Assembly: GCA_030602705.1 (NCBI GenBank)
Contig: JAUVZF010000008.1
Span: 436 to 64,435, forward strand
DNA length: 64,000 nucleotides
From: Planctomycetota bacterium
GTDB taxonomy: Bacteria > Planctomycetota > Phycisphaerae > FEN-1346
Reading direction: 5' to 3'
Part shown: positions 27,827 to 37,598 of the stretch, piece by piece
Layout of the letters: each line of letters begins with the position of its first letter
How positions within the stretch are numbered: position 1 is the first letter of the stretch
Translations under genes and position numbers: made by a program
Notes under the pieces: model-generated
Told to the model about the DNA's origin: nothing
Seen by the model: the letters and a program-made list of their open reading frames with translations, nothing else
Databases searched by the model: none

Positions 27827-29224
27827 TCACGCCTGGATGGCCGCAATGATCTCATCGAGGTTGTCCTCAACCAGGATGGGGCGGTTTCCGAACGTGGCGC
27901 CGCGCACGCCGTATCCGGCGTACGTGTCGGCCAGTTCTTCGTCGGTCCGGGTGTGATAGGCGACGGTGATGTTCGGGTCCTTGAGCGGGTGGCCGGTCAG
28001 GACACAGACGACTCGCTCGTCGGGGCCGATGGTGCCGGCCTGGCGGAGTTTCCGCACGCCGGCGACGCTGGCGGCCGATGCGGGCTCGCATCCGAACCCG
28101 CCCCGGCTGACCTGCGCCTTGGCGTCGAGGATCTCCTGGTCGCCCACCTTCTCGACGATGCCGTCGGTCCAGGCGAGGGCCCGGAGGCATTTCTTGAGGT
28201 TCACCGGCCGGTTGATCTCGATGGCCGAGGCCACCGTCCGGGCCCGCCGGTGCTCGGACTCCATCTGCCGGTAGAAGGCGGCGATGCGGGCGTCGTCCAC
28301 GCGGCCGTCGTTCCAGGTTATCTTCTCCTGGTTGACGATCCGGTAGAGCGTGTCGGCACCGGCGGCGTTGATGACGGCCATCCGCGGGATTCGCGAAATG
28401 AGGCCGAGACTTTTGAGTTCGCGAAACGCCTTGCCGAAGGCCGACGAGTTGCCCAGGTTGCCGCCCGGCACGACGACCCAGTCGGGCACGTCCCACAGCA
28501 GCCCCTCGATGATGCGGTACATGATGGTTTTCTGGCCTTCGAGGCGGAACGGGTTCAGGCTGTTCATCAGGTAGAGCCGGAGTTCCTTCGCCACTTCCTT
28601 GACCCGTTTCATGCAGGTATCGAAATCGCCCTGTACCTGGACGACCCGCACGCCGTAGTCAAGGGCCTGGGCCAGTTTGCCGTAGGCGATCTTGCCGCTG
28701 CCCACCAGCACCACCGCCGGAATCTGCCCGTCCACGGCGGAGTACATGGCCACCGACGCGCTGGTGTTGCCGGTCGAGGCGCAGATGGCTCGCGTGGCGC
28801 CCACGAGGTGGGCGTGCGTGAAGGCCGCCGTCATGCCGTTGTCTTTGAAACTGCCCGACGGGTTCATGCCCTCGTACTGGAGGAACAGGCGGCCACGGTT
28901 CATCCGCGCGTAGGGCGCCACCCGGTCGGCCTGCTGAAAGACGGTCTTGCCTTCTCCGACCGTGATGATGTGGTCGGGGGCGGCAAACGGCAGGAGTTCG
29001 TGGTACTGCCATACCCCGGAGAAGGCCAGCGGGTCGCCCACCACCGACCATTTCTCCTCGAACCCTTCAAGCCGCTCGGGCAGCACGGCCCGCGACCAGT
29101 CGTAGCCGACGTCGAGCAGGTCGCCGCACGTCGGGCACTCAAAGAGCGGTTCGTCCACGCCGAAGCGTGCGCGGCAATCGGCGTTGATGCACTCCTGGTA
29201 CGCGATGTCGGTCCGGATGGCGAT
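27827..29224 (-). CDS. thrC: Threonine synthase (probable non-canonical start)
   Basis: NPSGSFKDNGM, CASTGNT, NPFRLEGQKT, PGGNLGNS, CEPASAA, TGHPLKDP; the frame extends 22 codons above the GTG at 29158. Confidence 0.92.
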   Translation of the reverse strand: MAIRTDIAYQECINADCRARFGVDEPLFECPTCGDLLDVGYDWSRAVLPERLEGFEEKWSVVGDPLAFSGVWQYHELLPFAAPDHIITVGEGKTVFQQADRVAPYARMNRGRLFLQYEGMNPSGSFKDNGMTAAFTHAHLVGATRAICASTGNTSASVAMYSAVDGQIPAVVLVGSGKIAYGKLAQALDYGVRVVQVQGDFDTCMKRVKEVAKELRLYLMNSLNPFRLEGQKTIMYRIIEGLLWDVPDWVVVPGGNLGNSSAFGKAFRELKSLGLISRIPRMAVINAAGADTLYRIVNQEKITWNDGRVDDARIAAFYRQMESEHRRARTVASAIEINRPVNLKKCLRALAWTDGIVEKVGDQEILDAKAQVSRGGFGCEPASAASVAGVRKLRQAGTIGPDERVVCVLTGHPLKDPNITVAYHTRTDEELADTYAGYGVRGATFGNRPILVEDNLDEIIAAIQA

Positions 29225-29235
29225 GGCTCGAATCC

Positions 29236-29270
29236 TTCCCTATTCCCTGTTCCCCATTCCCTGTTCCCTG
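29236..29270. repeat. Heptamer tandem repeat (TTCCCYR)x5
   Basis: ttccctattccctgttccccattccctgttccctg; shorter versions near 45459 and 62785. Confidence 0.75.
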
Positions 29271-29274
29271 CCTC

Positions 29275-30663
29275 TCACAGCGCCCACGGCGCCCACGGTT
29301 TGCCGGCACGGGTCATCGGCGGGGGTGCCTTCTTGACCCGCTCTGCGATAGCCTTTTCCTCGGCGTTGTCGAACCCGAAGAGCCAGGCGGCCCCCAGGTT
29401 GCCGAGCAGGACGGCGGCGCCACGCCGCGCGACGGGCCGCCGCTCGTATGCCGCGACGAACTCGTCGCGGTCCGCGGGCGTGTCCCAGAGGGTGAACCAG
29501 ACGCCGCGGAGGTCCTTGAGCGTCTTGTCGGCCGCCACTCTCGACAGGCGAGTCGCCTCGGCGCTCGGACCGGAGGCGAGCAGATAGAACCGGTCGCCGC
29601 CCCAGCCGGTCGCCGCCGGGTTCGTCCAGGCATCGGCCATCTGCATCGTCATAAGGCTGCGCTGCCTTCCCGGCGGCGTGGTCAGGATCGCGCAGAGCAT
29701 CTCGCCGACCGTGTTGGTGTGGACCACCCATCGTCCCGGCCGATGGAGTATCTTGCGGGCGGCCGCGTCGTGCACCTCCACCGGCTCGTCTCGGGCTGCG
29801 GGGTTCCAGTACTTTTCCGGGTGGAGGATCTGTTCGGTGGACCGTGGCGGGTCTTTGGCGGCGGCCAGAAGGTTGCGGCCGATGGCCCGGTTATCGCCCA
29901 GCATGGCCGCCAGCAGGTTGCCCTTGGCCAGGAACTGCATCCCGCAGATGTAGGTTGCCAGGATGGTTGAGAAGTACCGCGGTGCGCTGGTGAAGACTTT
30001 GCTCCGCTCGATTTCGCCGGCGGCGTAGCCCTGGAGTTCGGCCAGGTTGAAACGGCCCGACAGTTGCGCCCGGGTCATGTACTGCATCATCAGCGACGTG
30101 GCCGACCCTTCGGCGACCGACGCGGCTACCAGGTCCAGGTCCTCGCTCTTGCCGATGAGCGATTTGAGGAACTTATCGAGCCCGATGTGCTGGTCGTCCA
30201 GGGCGTGGGTCAGTTCGTGGGCGAGCATGATCCGCACGACGAGTTCCGGCAGTTTCTCGTCCCGCGCAACGAGGTACAGCGCCTTGGTATCGGCGTCGTA
30301 GTAACCGCCCACTTGCTCTTCGAGAAGGCCGAGGAGCGTCTTCTTGAGGTCGCAGTCCGGCGGCAGCAGGCCGATGGTCCGAAGGAACGCCTGAATCTTG
30401 CGGATGCGCTCGGGCGGCACCTGCTCCTGGATCTGTTTCTTGACGTACGCCATGGCGTCCTGCGGCGTGCAGAACCGTTTCTCGACCACCTGCTTGAACG
30501 TCCACCCGCGAAGGGCCTCCACCTCCTTGGCGACCTCGTCGGCCACGCCCGCCAGTTCGTCGGACGCCGTCGCCGCAGCCGCCGTCGCGCCGGCGGCCGT
30601 TGGCACGCTCGCATAGAGCACCAGGGGGATGATGAGCAGATGCGGCAGGCGGAAACGCTTCAT
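29275..30663 (-). CDS. Secreted putative zinc metallopeptidase (HExxH)
   Basis: Signal peptide; GGYYD, AHELTHALDDQH, EGSA, PPRSTEQILHPEKY, GWGGD. Confidence 0.75.
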   Translation of the reverse strand: MKRFRLPHLLIIPLVLYASVPTAAGATAAAATASDELAGVADEVAKEVEALRGWTFKQVVEKRFCTPQDAMAYVKKQIQEQVPPERIRKIQAFLRTIGLLPPDCDLKKTLLGLLEEQVGGYYDADTKALYLVARDEKLPELVVRIMLAHELTHALDDQHIGLDKFLKSLIGKSEDLDLVAASVAEGSATSLMMQYMTRAQLSGRFNLAELQGYAAGEIERSKVFTSAPRYFSTILATYICGMQFLAKGNLLAAMLGDNRAIGRNLLAAAKDPPRSTEQILHPEKYWNPAARDEPVEVHDAAARKILHRPGRWVVHTNTVGEMLCAILTTPPGRQRSLMTMQMADAWTNPAATGWGGDRFYLLASGPSAEATRLSRVAADKTLKDLRGVWFTLWDTPADRDEFVAAYERRPVARRGAAVLLGNLGAAWLFGFDNAEEKAIAERVKKAPPPMTRAGKPWAPWAL

Positions 30664-30963
30664 GGGTCTTGCGGTCCTTTCGCCACCAGGTCCGAAACGT
30701 CCGACCGCACGATTCTAAGGCCGTGCGGCGCCAGGTTTCCAGCGTATTCCGCCTCACGCCACGAGTGGTTCGGGAAGGCCAGGATGTGGCAAGCGGATGA
30801 CGATGTGGGAAGAACCGATTGGGCAGGATGACCGCGCCGAGGAGGCGACTCCTCGGGCATCGGCCCGTGAGGGTTGCGCCCTGGTGCCCGTATAGCCACC
30901 GGGGTAGAAGGAATGTGAGCCTTCTCCGTTGCCGCCCTTTCCCCCGCCTCTTATAATGCTCCC

Positions 30964-32490
30964 ATGACGTGGAAACGGCCACTGCTCGTCTACCCGTACT
31001 CGCCCGACAAGAAGAGCGAGCAACTGTACGGTGGACTGGCGATCATCAATCCGATCGGCCTCGAGATCGTCGCGACGGCCTTGAAGCCTGCTGTCGAGGA
31101 CCTCAGGCTCGTTGACATGCGGTTGGAGAAGCGGCCGCTCGAGGACCTGGTCCGCGAGTTCCGGCCCGACATGATCGCCGTGTCGCTCATGTGGGGCCGC
31201 GACGACTACTCCGACGCGCTGATTCACAACCTGCCGCGCGACACAACGCTCGTGGTCGGCGGCCTGTACGCCACACGCCACGCCGACGAGATGGTCGAGG
31301 CGCTGCCCGAGATGGACATCCTCGCCATCGGCTACGGCGACGAGACGCTGCCTCGCCTCATCGAGCACGGCTCGCCGGAAGGCGTCGCAGGATTCTGGTA
31401 TCGCGACCGCGCCACGGCGTACCCGCCCGACCGGCGCAAGCCGCGCGCATCCAAGGCACGGCCGGACGAGACCGGCCGTGGCACGCGCCTATCCGAAACC
31501 GCCGCACACCTCATCAAGAACCCACTCTACCCCGGCCGCACCATCGACCACCTGCACATCGACCGCTCGATACGCCGGTACGATTACCCGTGGCTGACGC
31601 TCAAGGGCGACAACGTCATCACGAGCGTGGGCTGCCCCATGGTCTGCGCCTTCTGCAAGTGGCGTGAGAACATCTTCGGCGAGGCCCAGCCCTGGATCGG
31701 ACGCGAGGCCGAGGACGTCGTCGCCGAACTCGAAGAGACCGACGCAGACATCGTCCACATCGTCGATGCCAACTTCGCCGCCGATGCCGAACGTGTCGAG
31801 AGAATCTGCGACCTTCTGATCCAGCGCGACGTGCGGCACCTGTACGCCTGTGAGATCCGCGTCAACCCGCTCTACAAGAACGCCCGTCTCGTCCGCAAGA
31901 TGGAGCAGGCGGGGTTCTTCATGTTTATGGTGGGCCTGGAATCCTACCAGCCGCACCTGCTTAAGGCCATGCGCAAGGGCTACACCGTCAAGATGGCACG
32001 AAAGGCCTTCGAGCACCTGCGCGAGACCAAGATCCTGACGCTCGGCAACTTCCTCATCGGCAACCCCGGCGAGACCGAGGACCAGATGCTCGGCATCGCC
32101 GACTACGCCGCCGAACTGGGCGTCGATTTCATCAGCCCCAACAAGATCTACGCCTACGAGGACACCGACTTCGAGCGGTGGGTCCTCTCTCAACCCGGCA
32201 TGAAAGTGGCCGGCCGCCGCCGATACGTCGTCAGCGACTCGTGCAGCCTCGAGGACCTCCGGCGCATCCAGGCCGGGATCATGCTGCGGTTCCTTCGCAA
32301 ACACCCGCCGACTATCCCGTACCGAAAGGCCCTGGCCCATCCGATGGTGCGGAAGATCGGCCGCGAGAAGGTCCGACGGGCAATGCTCCGCAGCCTCTGG
32401 AACCACGTGTCCGACGTGACCTTCCGCCGGCGGGCCGTCAAGAAACTGGTGAAATACTTCCGTCGCCCTTCCCGCGCGGCCGCCGTGTAA
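30964..32490 (+). CDS. B12-binding radical SAM protein
   Basis: PIGLE, VVGGLYAT, GCPMVCAFC (CxxxCxxC), DANF, GLES, GNPGET. Confidence 0.9.
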   Translation: MTWKRPLLVYPYSPDKKSEQLYGGLAIINPIGLEIVATALKPAVEDLRLVDMRLEKRPLEDLVREFRPDMIAVSLMWGRDDYSDALIHNLPRDTTLVVGGLYATRHADEMVEALPEMDILAIGYGDETLPRLIEHGSPEGVAGFWYRDRATAYPPDRRKPRASKARPDETGRGTRLSETAAHLIKNPLYPGRTIDHLHIDRSIRRYDYPWLTLKGDNVITSVGCPMVCAFCKWRENIFGEAQPWIGREAEDVVAELEETDADIVHIVDANFAADAERVERICDLLIQRDVRHLYACEIRVNPLYKNARLVRKMEQAGFFMFMVGLESYQPHLLKAMRKGYTVKMARKAFEHLRETKILTLGNFLIGNPGETEDQMLGIADYAAELGVDFISPNKIYAYEDTDFERWVLSQPGMKVAGRRRYVVSDSCSLEDLRRIQAGIMLRFLRKHPPTIPYRKALAHPMVRKIGREKVRRAMLRSLWNHVSDVTFRRRAVKKLVKYFRRPSRAAAV

Positions 32491-32667
32491 AGCCGCCCGA
32501 GGGGCGCCGTGCCTCGGCCCGACCCGGGACTCGCCCCGGACACGAAGTGGCGGTTATGGCTTTTTGCTTGACTGTGCCGGCCGGCCTGCCTCTAATAATC
32601 GGTGTGGGTCATTGCAATCACGGAGTCTCGATAGACTAGGACCGCTCATCTGACGGAGGGCTCGCCC

Positions 32668-33921
32668 ATGTATCGGCTCGTGCTTATTCTAACCACCGCG
32701 GCCGCTTGCGCCGTCTGGGTCGGCGCCGACGCCTTCGCCCAGACAAACGAGTTCCAGTTGCCGCCGGTCAAACTCAAACCCGACCGGCCGACGAAGGTGA
32801 AACCGATTCCGCCGACGCCCGACGACCGAGAAACGCCCAAGGAAACCCCGCCGGCCGAAAAGCCGCTCAAGGCGCCGAAGAAAGCCCCACCGGTCCTCGC
32901 CAAACCGGCCAAGACGCCCAGAAAGGTGCCGCCGACCGGCGCCCCCGCCGAGCCCCCGGCCAAACTGCCCGGCCCCGCCAAGAGCCCCCCCAAAACGCCG
33001 CCAAAGAGCCGCGCACAGGCCGTCAAGGAAGCCGAGGAGTTCTTCGGCATCTCCAAGGAGAAACCGGTCACCCCGCCCAAGGACTCTACCGTGACGCCGG
33101 CCGATCTGCCGATGCCCAAGCTGGCAGTCGAACCGAAACCTAAACAGCCCGCCGTCCTGGCCGTCCCCGGCAAACCCAAACAGCCGACCCTGCCGGCCCC
33201 GCCCGGCGAGGCCAAACAGCCGCCGCGCCCCACCGATCTCCAGGCCGAGACGATCGAGGCCCAGATCGGACCCACCGTCAAGATGGACGTCGCGGGGCTC
33301 GGCGAAGTTGGTCTCGTCGAGGAAGTCGCCCGTATACGCAAAACGTACGGCCGGGCCCTCAAGGCGCTGAGGGACTTCTACACGGAACGCGGCACGGTCC
33401 ACAAACTCGAGTGGATCACGTCGGAGGTGACCGCCTTCGAGAAAGTGCCGAAGATCCAGTACCTGATCGTGCCGGAACTGGCCGGGCCGGACCTCAGGCC
33501 CACCCGCAGCATCGAGGCCGCCGACCAACTCTACGCCGAAGGCGTGCACTACAAGGACTATCCGGCCTTCCCGCCGGGCAAGAAGGGCTATCTGAAGATC
33601 GCCCTCGAGAAGTTCCGGACGGTCATCGAGAAGTACCCCGAGAGCGAAAAGATCGACGACGCCGCATTCCGCATGGGCGAGATCTACGGCGGATGGTACT
33701 TCCAGGACTTCGGGCGGGCCGTCCAGTCGTACGAGCGGTGTTGGCAGTGGAACCCCAAGAGCGAGCACCCCGCCCTCTTCAACGCCGCCAAGATCTATGA
33801 TGAGAAACTCAAGAACCGCGTCAAGGCGGTCGAACTCTACAACCGCGTCATCGCCGAAACCGCCGACGAGGGCAGGATCAACGAGGCCCAGAACCGTCTC
33901 AGGGCGCTGACGGGCAGATAA
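32668..33921 (+). CDS. Secreted TPR protein with a Pro/Lys-rich N-terminal region
   Basis: Signal peptide; low-complexity P/K tract; KYPESEKIDDAAFRMGEIY and ALFNAAKIYD TPR-like helices. Confidence 0.75.
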   Translation: MYRLVLILTTAAACAVWVGADAFAQTNEFQLPPVKLKPDRPTKVKPIPPTPDDRETPKETPPAEKPLKAPKKAPPVLAKPAKTPRKVPPTGAPAEPPAKLPGPAKSPPKTPPKSRAQAVKEAEEFFGISKEKPVTPPKDSTVTPADLPMPKLAVEPKPKQPAVLAVPGKPKQPTLPAPPGEAKQPPRPTDLQAETIEAQIGPTVKMDVAGLGEVGLVEEVARIRKTYGRALKALRDFYTERGTVHKLEWITSEVTAFEKVPKIQYLIVPELAGPDLRPTRSIEAADQLYAEGVHYKDYPAFPPGKKGYLKIALEKFRTVIEKYPESEKIDDAAFRMGEIYGGWYFQDFGRAVQSYERCWQWNPKSEHPALFNAAKIYDEKLKNRVKAVELYNRVIAETADEGRINEAQNRLRALTGR

Positions 33922-34160
33922 ACGTCACGCGGTGCTGCTTGCATCGAAAGGCACGGGCTGTGTCGGACGTCCTGGGGGCGGTCGGCGCAGCCCTTTCTGT
34001 TTGCTCGCACCGGGCTTTAGACATTGAAAACGCCGCACGCCGCGGATAAACTTCGCTTGAACTAAACCGAATGATCCGAGCCCGCTGCGGAAGCAGCGGG
34101 ACACCGGGTGCCGCGCATGAACGTTGCCGGGGGGCCGTTCGCTGAAATCCGGGGGCTGGG

Positions 34161-34646
34161 TTGACTCCACCCATTCGCGTCGGAATCGGCTTCGACGTTC
34201 ACCGCCTCGTCGAGGGGCGCCGCCTGGTCCTGGCGGGCGTGGAGGTGCCTTCCGACGTCGGCCCGGCGGCACACAGCGACGGCGACGCCGTCCTGCACGC
34301 CGTGGCCGACGCGATTCTCGGCGCCGCAGGCCTGGGTGACCTGGGCGAGCATTTTCCGGATACCGACCCGGCCTTCAAGGATGCAGCGAGCAGCGATATC
34401 CTCGGCCGCGTCGTCGAGATGGCCCGCGACGCCGGATGGGCCGTCGCCGGCGCCGACGTGAACGTTCTGTTGGAGCGGCCGAATCTCGCGCCGCACAAAG
34501 ACGCCATGCGTCAGCGGCTGACCGAACTGCTGGCCCTTGAGCCGGGCGCCGTAGGCCTCAAGGCCCGAACGCTCGAAGGGCTCGGCCCCATCGGCGCCGG
34601 CGAGGCCGTCGCCGCCCAGGCCGTCGTCGTTCTCAGCAGGATTTAG
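34161..34646 (+). CDS. ispF: 2-C-methyl-D-erythritol 2,4-cyclodiphosphate synthase
   Basis: RVGIGFDVH, HSDGDAVLHA, GDLGEHFPD, LKARTLEGLG. Confidence 0.95.
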   Translation: MTPPIRVGIGFDVHRLVEGRRLVLAGVEVPSDVGPAAHSDGDAVLHAVADAILGAAGLGDLGEHFPDTDPAFKDAASSDILGRVVEMARDAGWAVAGADVNVLLERPNLAPHKDAMRQRLTELLALEPGAVGLKARTLEGLGPIGAGEAVAAQAVVVLSRI

Positions 34647-34710
34647 CCCGCCGCCCATACGGGCCGTGTGGCCAGCACACGGCGGGTCGCGCGCCGCAAA
34701 AGGTTACATT

Positions 34711-36444
34711 ATGACGCTTCGCAAAAACAACCTGCACGTGACCAACACGCTCACGCGCAAGCGCGAGCCGTTCGAGCCGCTCAGGTCCCCGCACGTCGGC
34801 ATGTACGTCTGCGGGCCCACCGTCTACGGCGACGCCCACATCGGACACGCCAAGAGTTACGTCGCCTTCGACGTCATCCTCCGCTACCTCCGGTACCTGG
34901 GCTACCAGGTCACCTACGTCCAGAACATCACCGACGTGGGCCACCTCACGGACGATGCCGACGAGGGCGAAGACAAGGTGGAGAAGGCGGCCAAGGCGAA
35001 GAAGATCCACCCGATGGCCGTCGCCGAGACTTTCGCACGCCGCTACTTCGAGGACATGGACGCCTTGAACGTCGTGCGGCCGGACATCTCGCCGCGTGCA
35101 AGCGGACACATCGTCGAACAGATCGAGCACGTCAAACGACTTCTCGAAACCGGTCACGCCTACGAAGTGGGCGGCAACGTCTACTTCGACGTATCGAGTT
35201 TCTCGAACTACGGGCGCCTCTCCGGCCGCAACGTCGAGGACATGCAGGCGGGTGCACGCGTGGAGGCAAAGAGCGAGAAACGCTCGCCCGCCGACTTCGC
35301 ACTCTGGAAACGGGCCGAGCCGGGCCACATCATGCAGTGGCCCAGCCCGTGGGGCATGGGGTACCCCGGGTGGCACCTCGAATGCACCGTCATGAGCACC
35401 AAATACCTCGGCGAGACGCTCGACATCCACGGCGGCGGCATTGAGAACCAGTTCCCCCACCACGAGAACGAGATCGCCCAGGCCGAGGCCGCGAGCGGGG
35501 TGCCCTTTGTCAAATACTGGCTCCACAACAACATGGTCACCGTCGGCGGTCAGAAGATGGGCAAGAGCCTCGGCAACTTCATCACGCTGCGCGACGCCTT
35601 CGAGAAATGGGACCCCATGGTCCTCCGCCTCTTTCTCCTCCAGAGCCATTACCGCAGCCAGACGGACATCTCCGACGAGGCGCTTGACGGGGCCAAGGAA
35701 GGGTATGAAAAACTTCGCAAGGCACTATCGAGCATCGAACGCGGCATGGTTCTTCCGGTTGCAGGCCAGGCCGATCTCCCATTGCGGTACGCGGCCCGAG
35801 AGGCGCGGCAACGGTTCGCCGAAGCGATGGACGACGATTTCAACACGCCTGCGGCGATTGGCGTGCTTTTCGACTTGGCACGTGAAACCAACCGGCTAAT
35901 TGCCGAAGGACAGGCTTCGCACATTGGCTTAGGCATGGTTTGGTCTACCGTTATGGACCTTGCCGGCAGCGTCCTTGGGCTTGGTGATTTCGAACCCATG
36001 ACCTTTGAGCGCTACCTCGAAATCCAGAAGGAATTCGAGTCAGAGGGATGGACAGGCGACACGGTGATCAGACCTGGCGACCATCCCCAGTTCAAAGACG
36101 CCCTGAACGCCATCGCTGAGGTCGTGGGTGCGAATCCGGAAGATGGATTCACGCAGAGGTCGCTATCCGTCGGCCAGCGTGTCATACTTGGTCTCTTCCT
36201 GAAGGACCAAAAGGCCCCCGAACTTGCGCGGGCAGCACTGGCGGAACTGCAAGACGGCTCTCCTTCGGCAACTCGCGGCCGAAAGGGGATAACAAGCGAC
36301 CTTATCTATATTCTGGCCGACTTACGCAATGAGGCACGCAAGGCGAAGAACTTCGCCCAAGCCGATGGCATTCGCAAACGCTTGGCCCAAATGGGCATCG
36401 TCCTCGAAGATTCGCCCGACGGCACGACCTGGCGGTTCAAGTAG
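34711..36444 (+). CDS. cysS: Cysteine--tRNA ligase
   Basis: CGPTVY, HIGH, PGWHLEC, FPHHENEIAQ, KMGKS, MDDDFNT. Confidence 0.96.
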   Translation: MTLRKNNLHVTNTLTRKREPFEPLRSPHVGMYVCGPTVYGDAHIGHAKSYVAFDVILRYLRYLGYQVTYVQNITDVGHLTDDADEGEDKVEKAAKAKKIHPMAVAETFARRYFEDMDALNVVRPDISPRASGHIVEQIEHVKRLLETGHAYEVGGNVYFDVSSFSNYGRLSGRNVEDMQAGARVEAKSEKRSPADFALWKRAEPGHIMQWPSPWGMGYPGWHLECTVMSTKYLGETLDIHGGGIENQFPHHENEIAQAEAASGVPFVKYWLHNNMVTVGGQKMGKSLGNFITLRDAFEKWDPMVLRLFLLQSHYRSQTDISDEALDGAKEGYEKLRKALSSIERGMVLPVAGQADLPLRYAAREARQRFAEAMDDDFNTPAAIGVLFDLARETNRLIAEGQASHIGLGMVWSTVMDLAGSVLGLGDFEPMTFERYLEIQKEFESEGWTGDTVIRPGDHPQFKDALNAIAEVVGANPEDGFTQRSLSVGQRVILGLFLKDQKAPELARAALAELQDGSPSATRGRKGITSDLIYILADLRNEARKAKNFAQADGIRKRLAQMGIVLEDSPDGTTWRFK

Positions 36445-36462
36445 CCCACGTCGTTGGCCGTT

Positions 36463-36828
36463 GGCCGTAAGCCCCGCAGGGGCCACTGATCTGTAGCCCC
36501 GGGCGCGAGCCCGGGGTACGATGACGCCAACACGAACCGTGGAGCCCCGGCAGGGGCGACTGCATCGTCAACCGAAACGCGTCAATCGCCCCGATGGGGC
36601 TCAATGCAACGGCGTGGCCCCTCTTACCACGGGCTCGCGCCCGTGGCTAGAGGCCAACCGTGCCTCCGGCACGTGACGAGGCGCTAATGCGAATCCTAGG
36701 TAAGCCCCGCAGGGGCAACTGATCTGTAGCCCCGGGCGCGAGTCCGGGGTAGGATGCAACAAACGAGAATACCAAGAGCCCCGGAGGGGCGAATGAAGCG
36801 CCCTTCTCAATCGCCCCTCCAGGGCTCA
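36463..36828. repeat. Family D repeats, two copies with inverted halves
   Basis: GTAAGCCCCGCAGGGGC.ACTGATCTGTAGCCCCGGGCGCGAGYCCGGGGTA at ~36467 and 36700; third copy at 37177. Confidence 0.88.
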
Positions 36829-36895
36829 ACATAGCCGGGGTGGTCCCGTTCTGCACCGGCACCAATGTAGAGGAACTTCGAGAAAGGGGGACGCG

Positions 36896-37099
36896 ATGCG
36901 ATACCTGCTTGCCATTCTATTGCCGCCGTTGGCCGTACTCCTTTGCGGGCGCCCGCTCACGGCGCTGCTTAACCTACTGCTAACACTGCTGCTCTGGATC
37001 CCAGGAGTGATCCACGCAATGGTGATTGTCGCCGACTATAATGCGAATAAGCGCACCGACAAGGTTGTTGCGGCAGTGCGGCAACAGCAACAACGCTAG
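36896..37099 (+). CDS. YqaE/Pmp3 family membrane protein
   Basis: LLAILLPPLAVL..LLTLLLWIPGVIHA. Confidence 0.9.
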   Translation: MRYLLAILLPPLAVLLCGRPLTALLNLLLTLLLWIPGVIHAMVIVADYNANKRTDKVVAAVRQQQQR

Positions 37100-37172
37100 C
37101 GCACAGACGCAGGCGGGTGTTCCGTACCTACGCGGTTGCTAGGCGATTCAGTAGTCCGCCCCATCGGCCGAA

Positions 37173-37268
37173 GGCCGTAAGCCCCGCAGGGGCCACTGAT
37201 CTGTAGCCCCGGGCGCGAGTCCGGGGTAGGATGCGACAAACGAGAATACCAAGAGCCCCGAAGGGGCG
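37173..37268. repeat. Family D repeat, third copy
   Basis: Near-identical to 36700-36791. Confidence 0.88.
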
Positions 37269-37316
37269 GCCGGTCTGTCACAACGGGTGTCAGCATGGGT
37301 TGTGAGGCAAGCGGCC

Positions 37317-37598
37317 ATGACCGATGAGATCAGGCAAGTCGTTGAGCAGGCGGCCGCGGCTCTTAAGGAGGCCGGGGCACGCGAAGTGTATATCTTCGGA
37401 TCGGCTGCGACAGGACCGCTTCGCGAAGGCTCGGATATCGACCTGGCCGTCGAAGGCCTTCCGCCCGAGCGGTTCTGGGACGCCATGAGCCGCGCTGCGG
37501 ATGTCCTCCGCCGGCCGCTTGACTTGATCGATCTCGACGAAGACACGCCCTTCACCCGGTACCTGAAAGAGGCAGGGGAATTGGTCCGTGTGGGATAG
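37317..37598 (+). CDS. Minimal nucleotidyltransferase (MNT) antitoxin
   Basis: FGSAATG..SDIDLAV (GSx10DxD); DLIDL; overlaps the downstream HEPN gene. Confidence 0.88.
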   Translation: MTDEIRQVVEQAAAALKEAGAREVYIFGSAATGPLREGSDIDLAVEGLPPERFWDAMSRAADVLRRPLDLIDLDEDTPFTRYLKEAGELVRVG

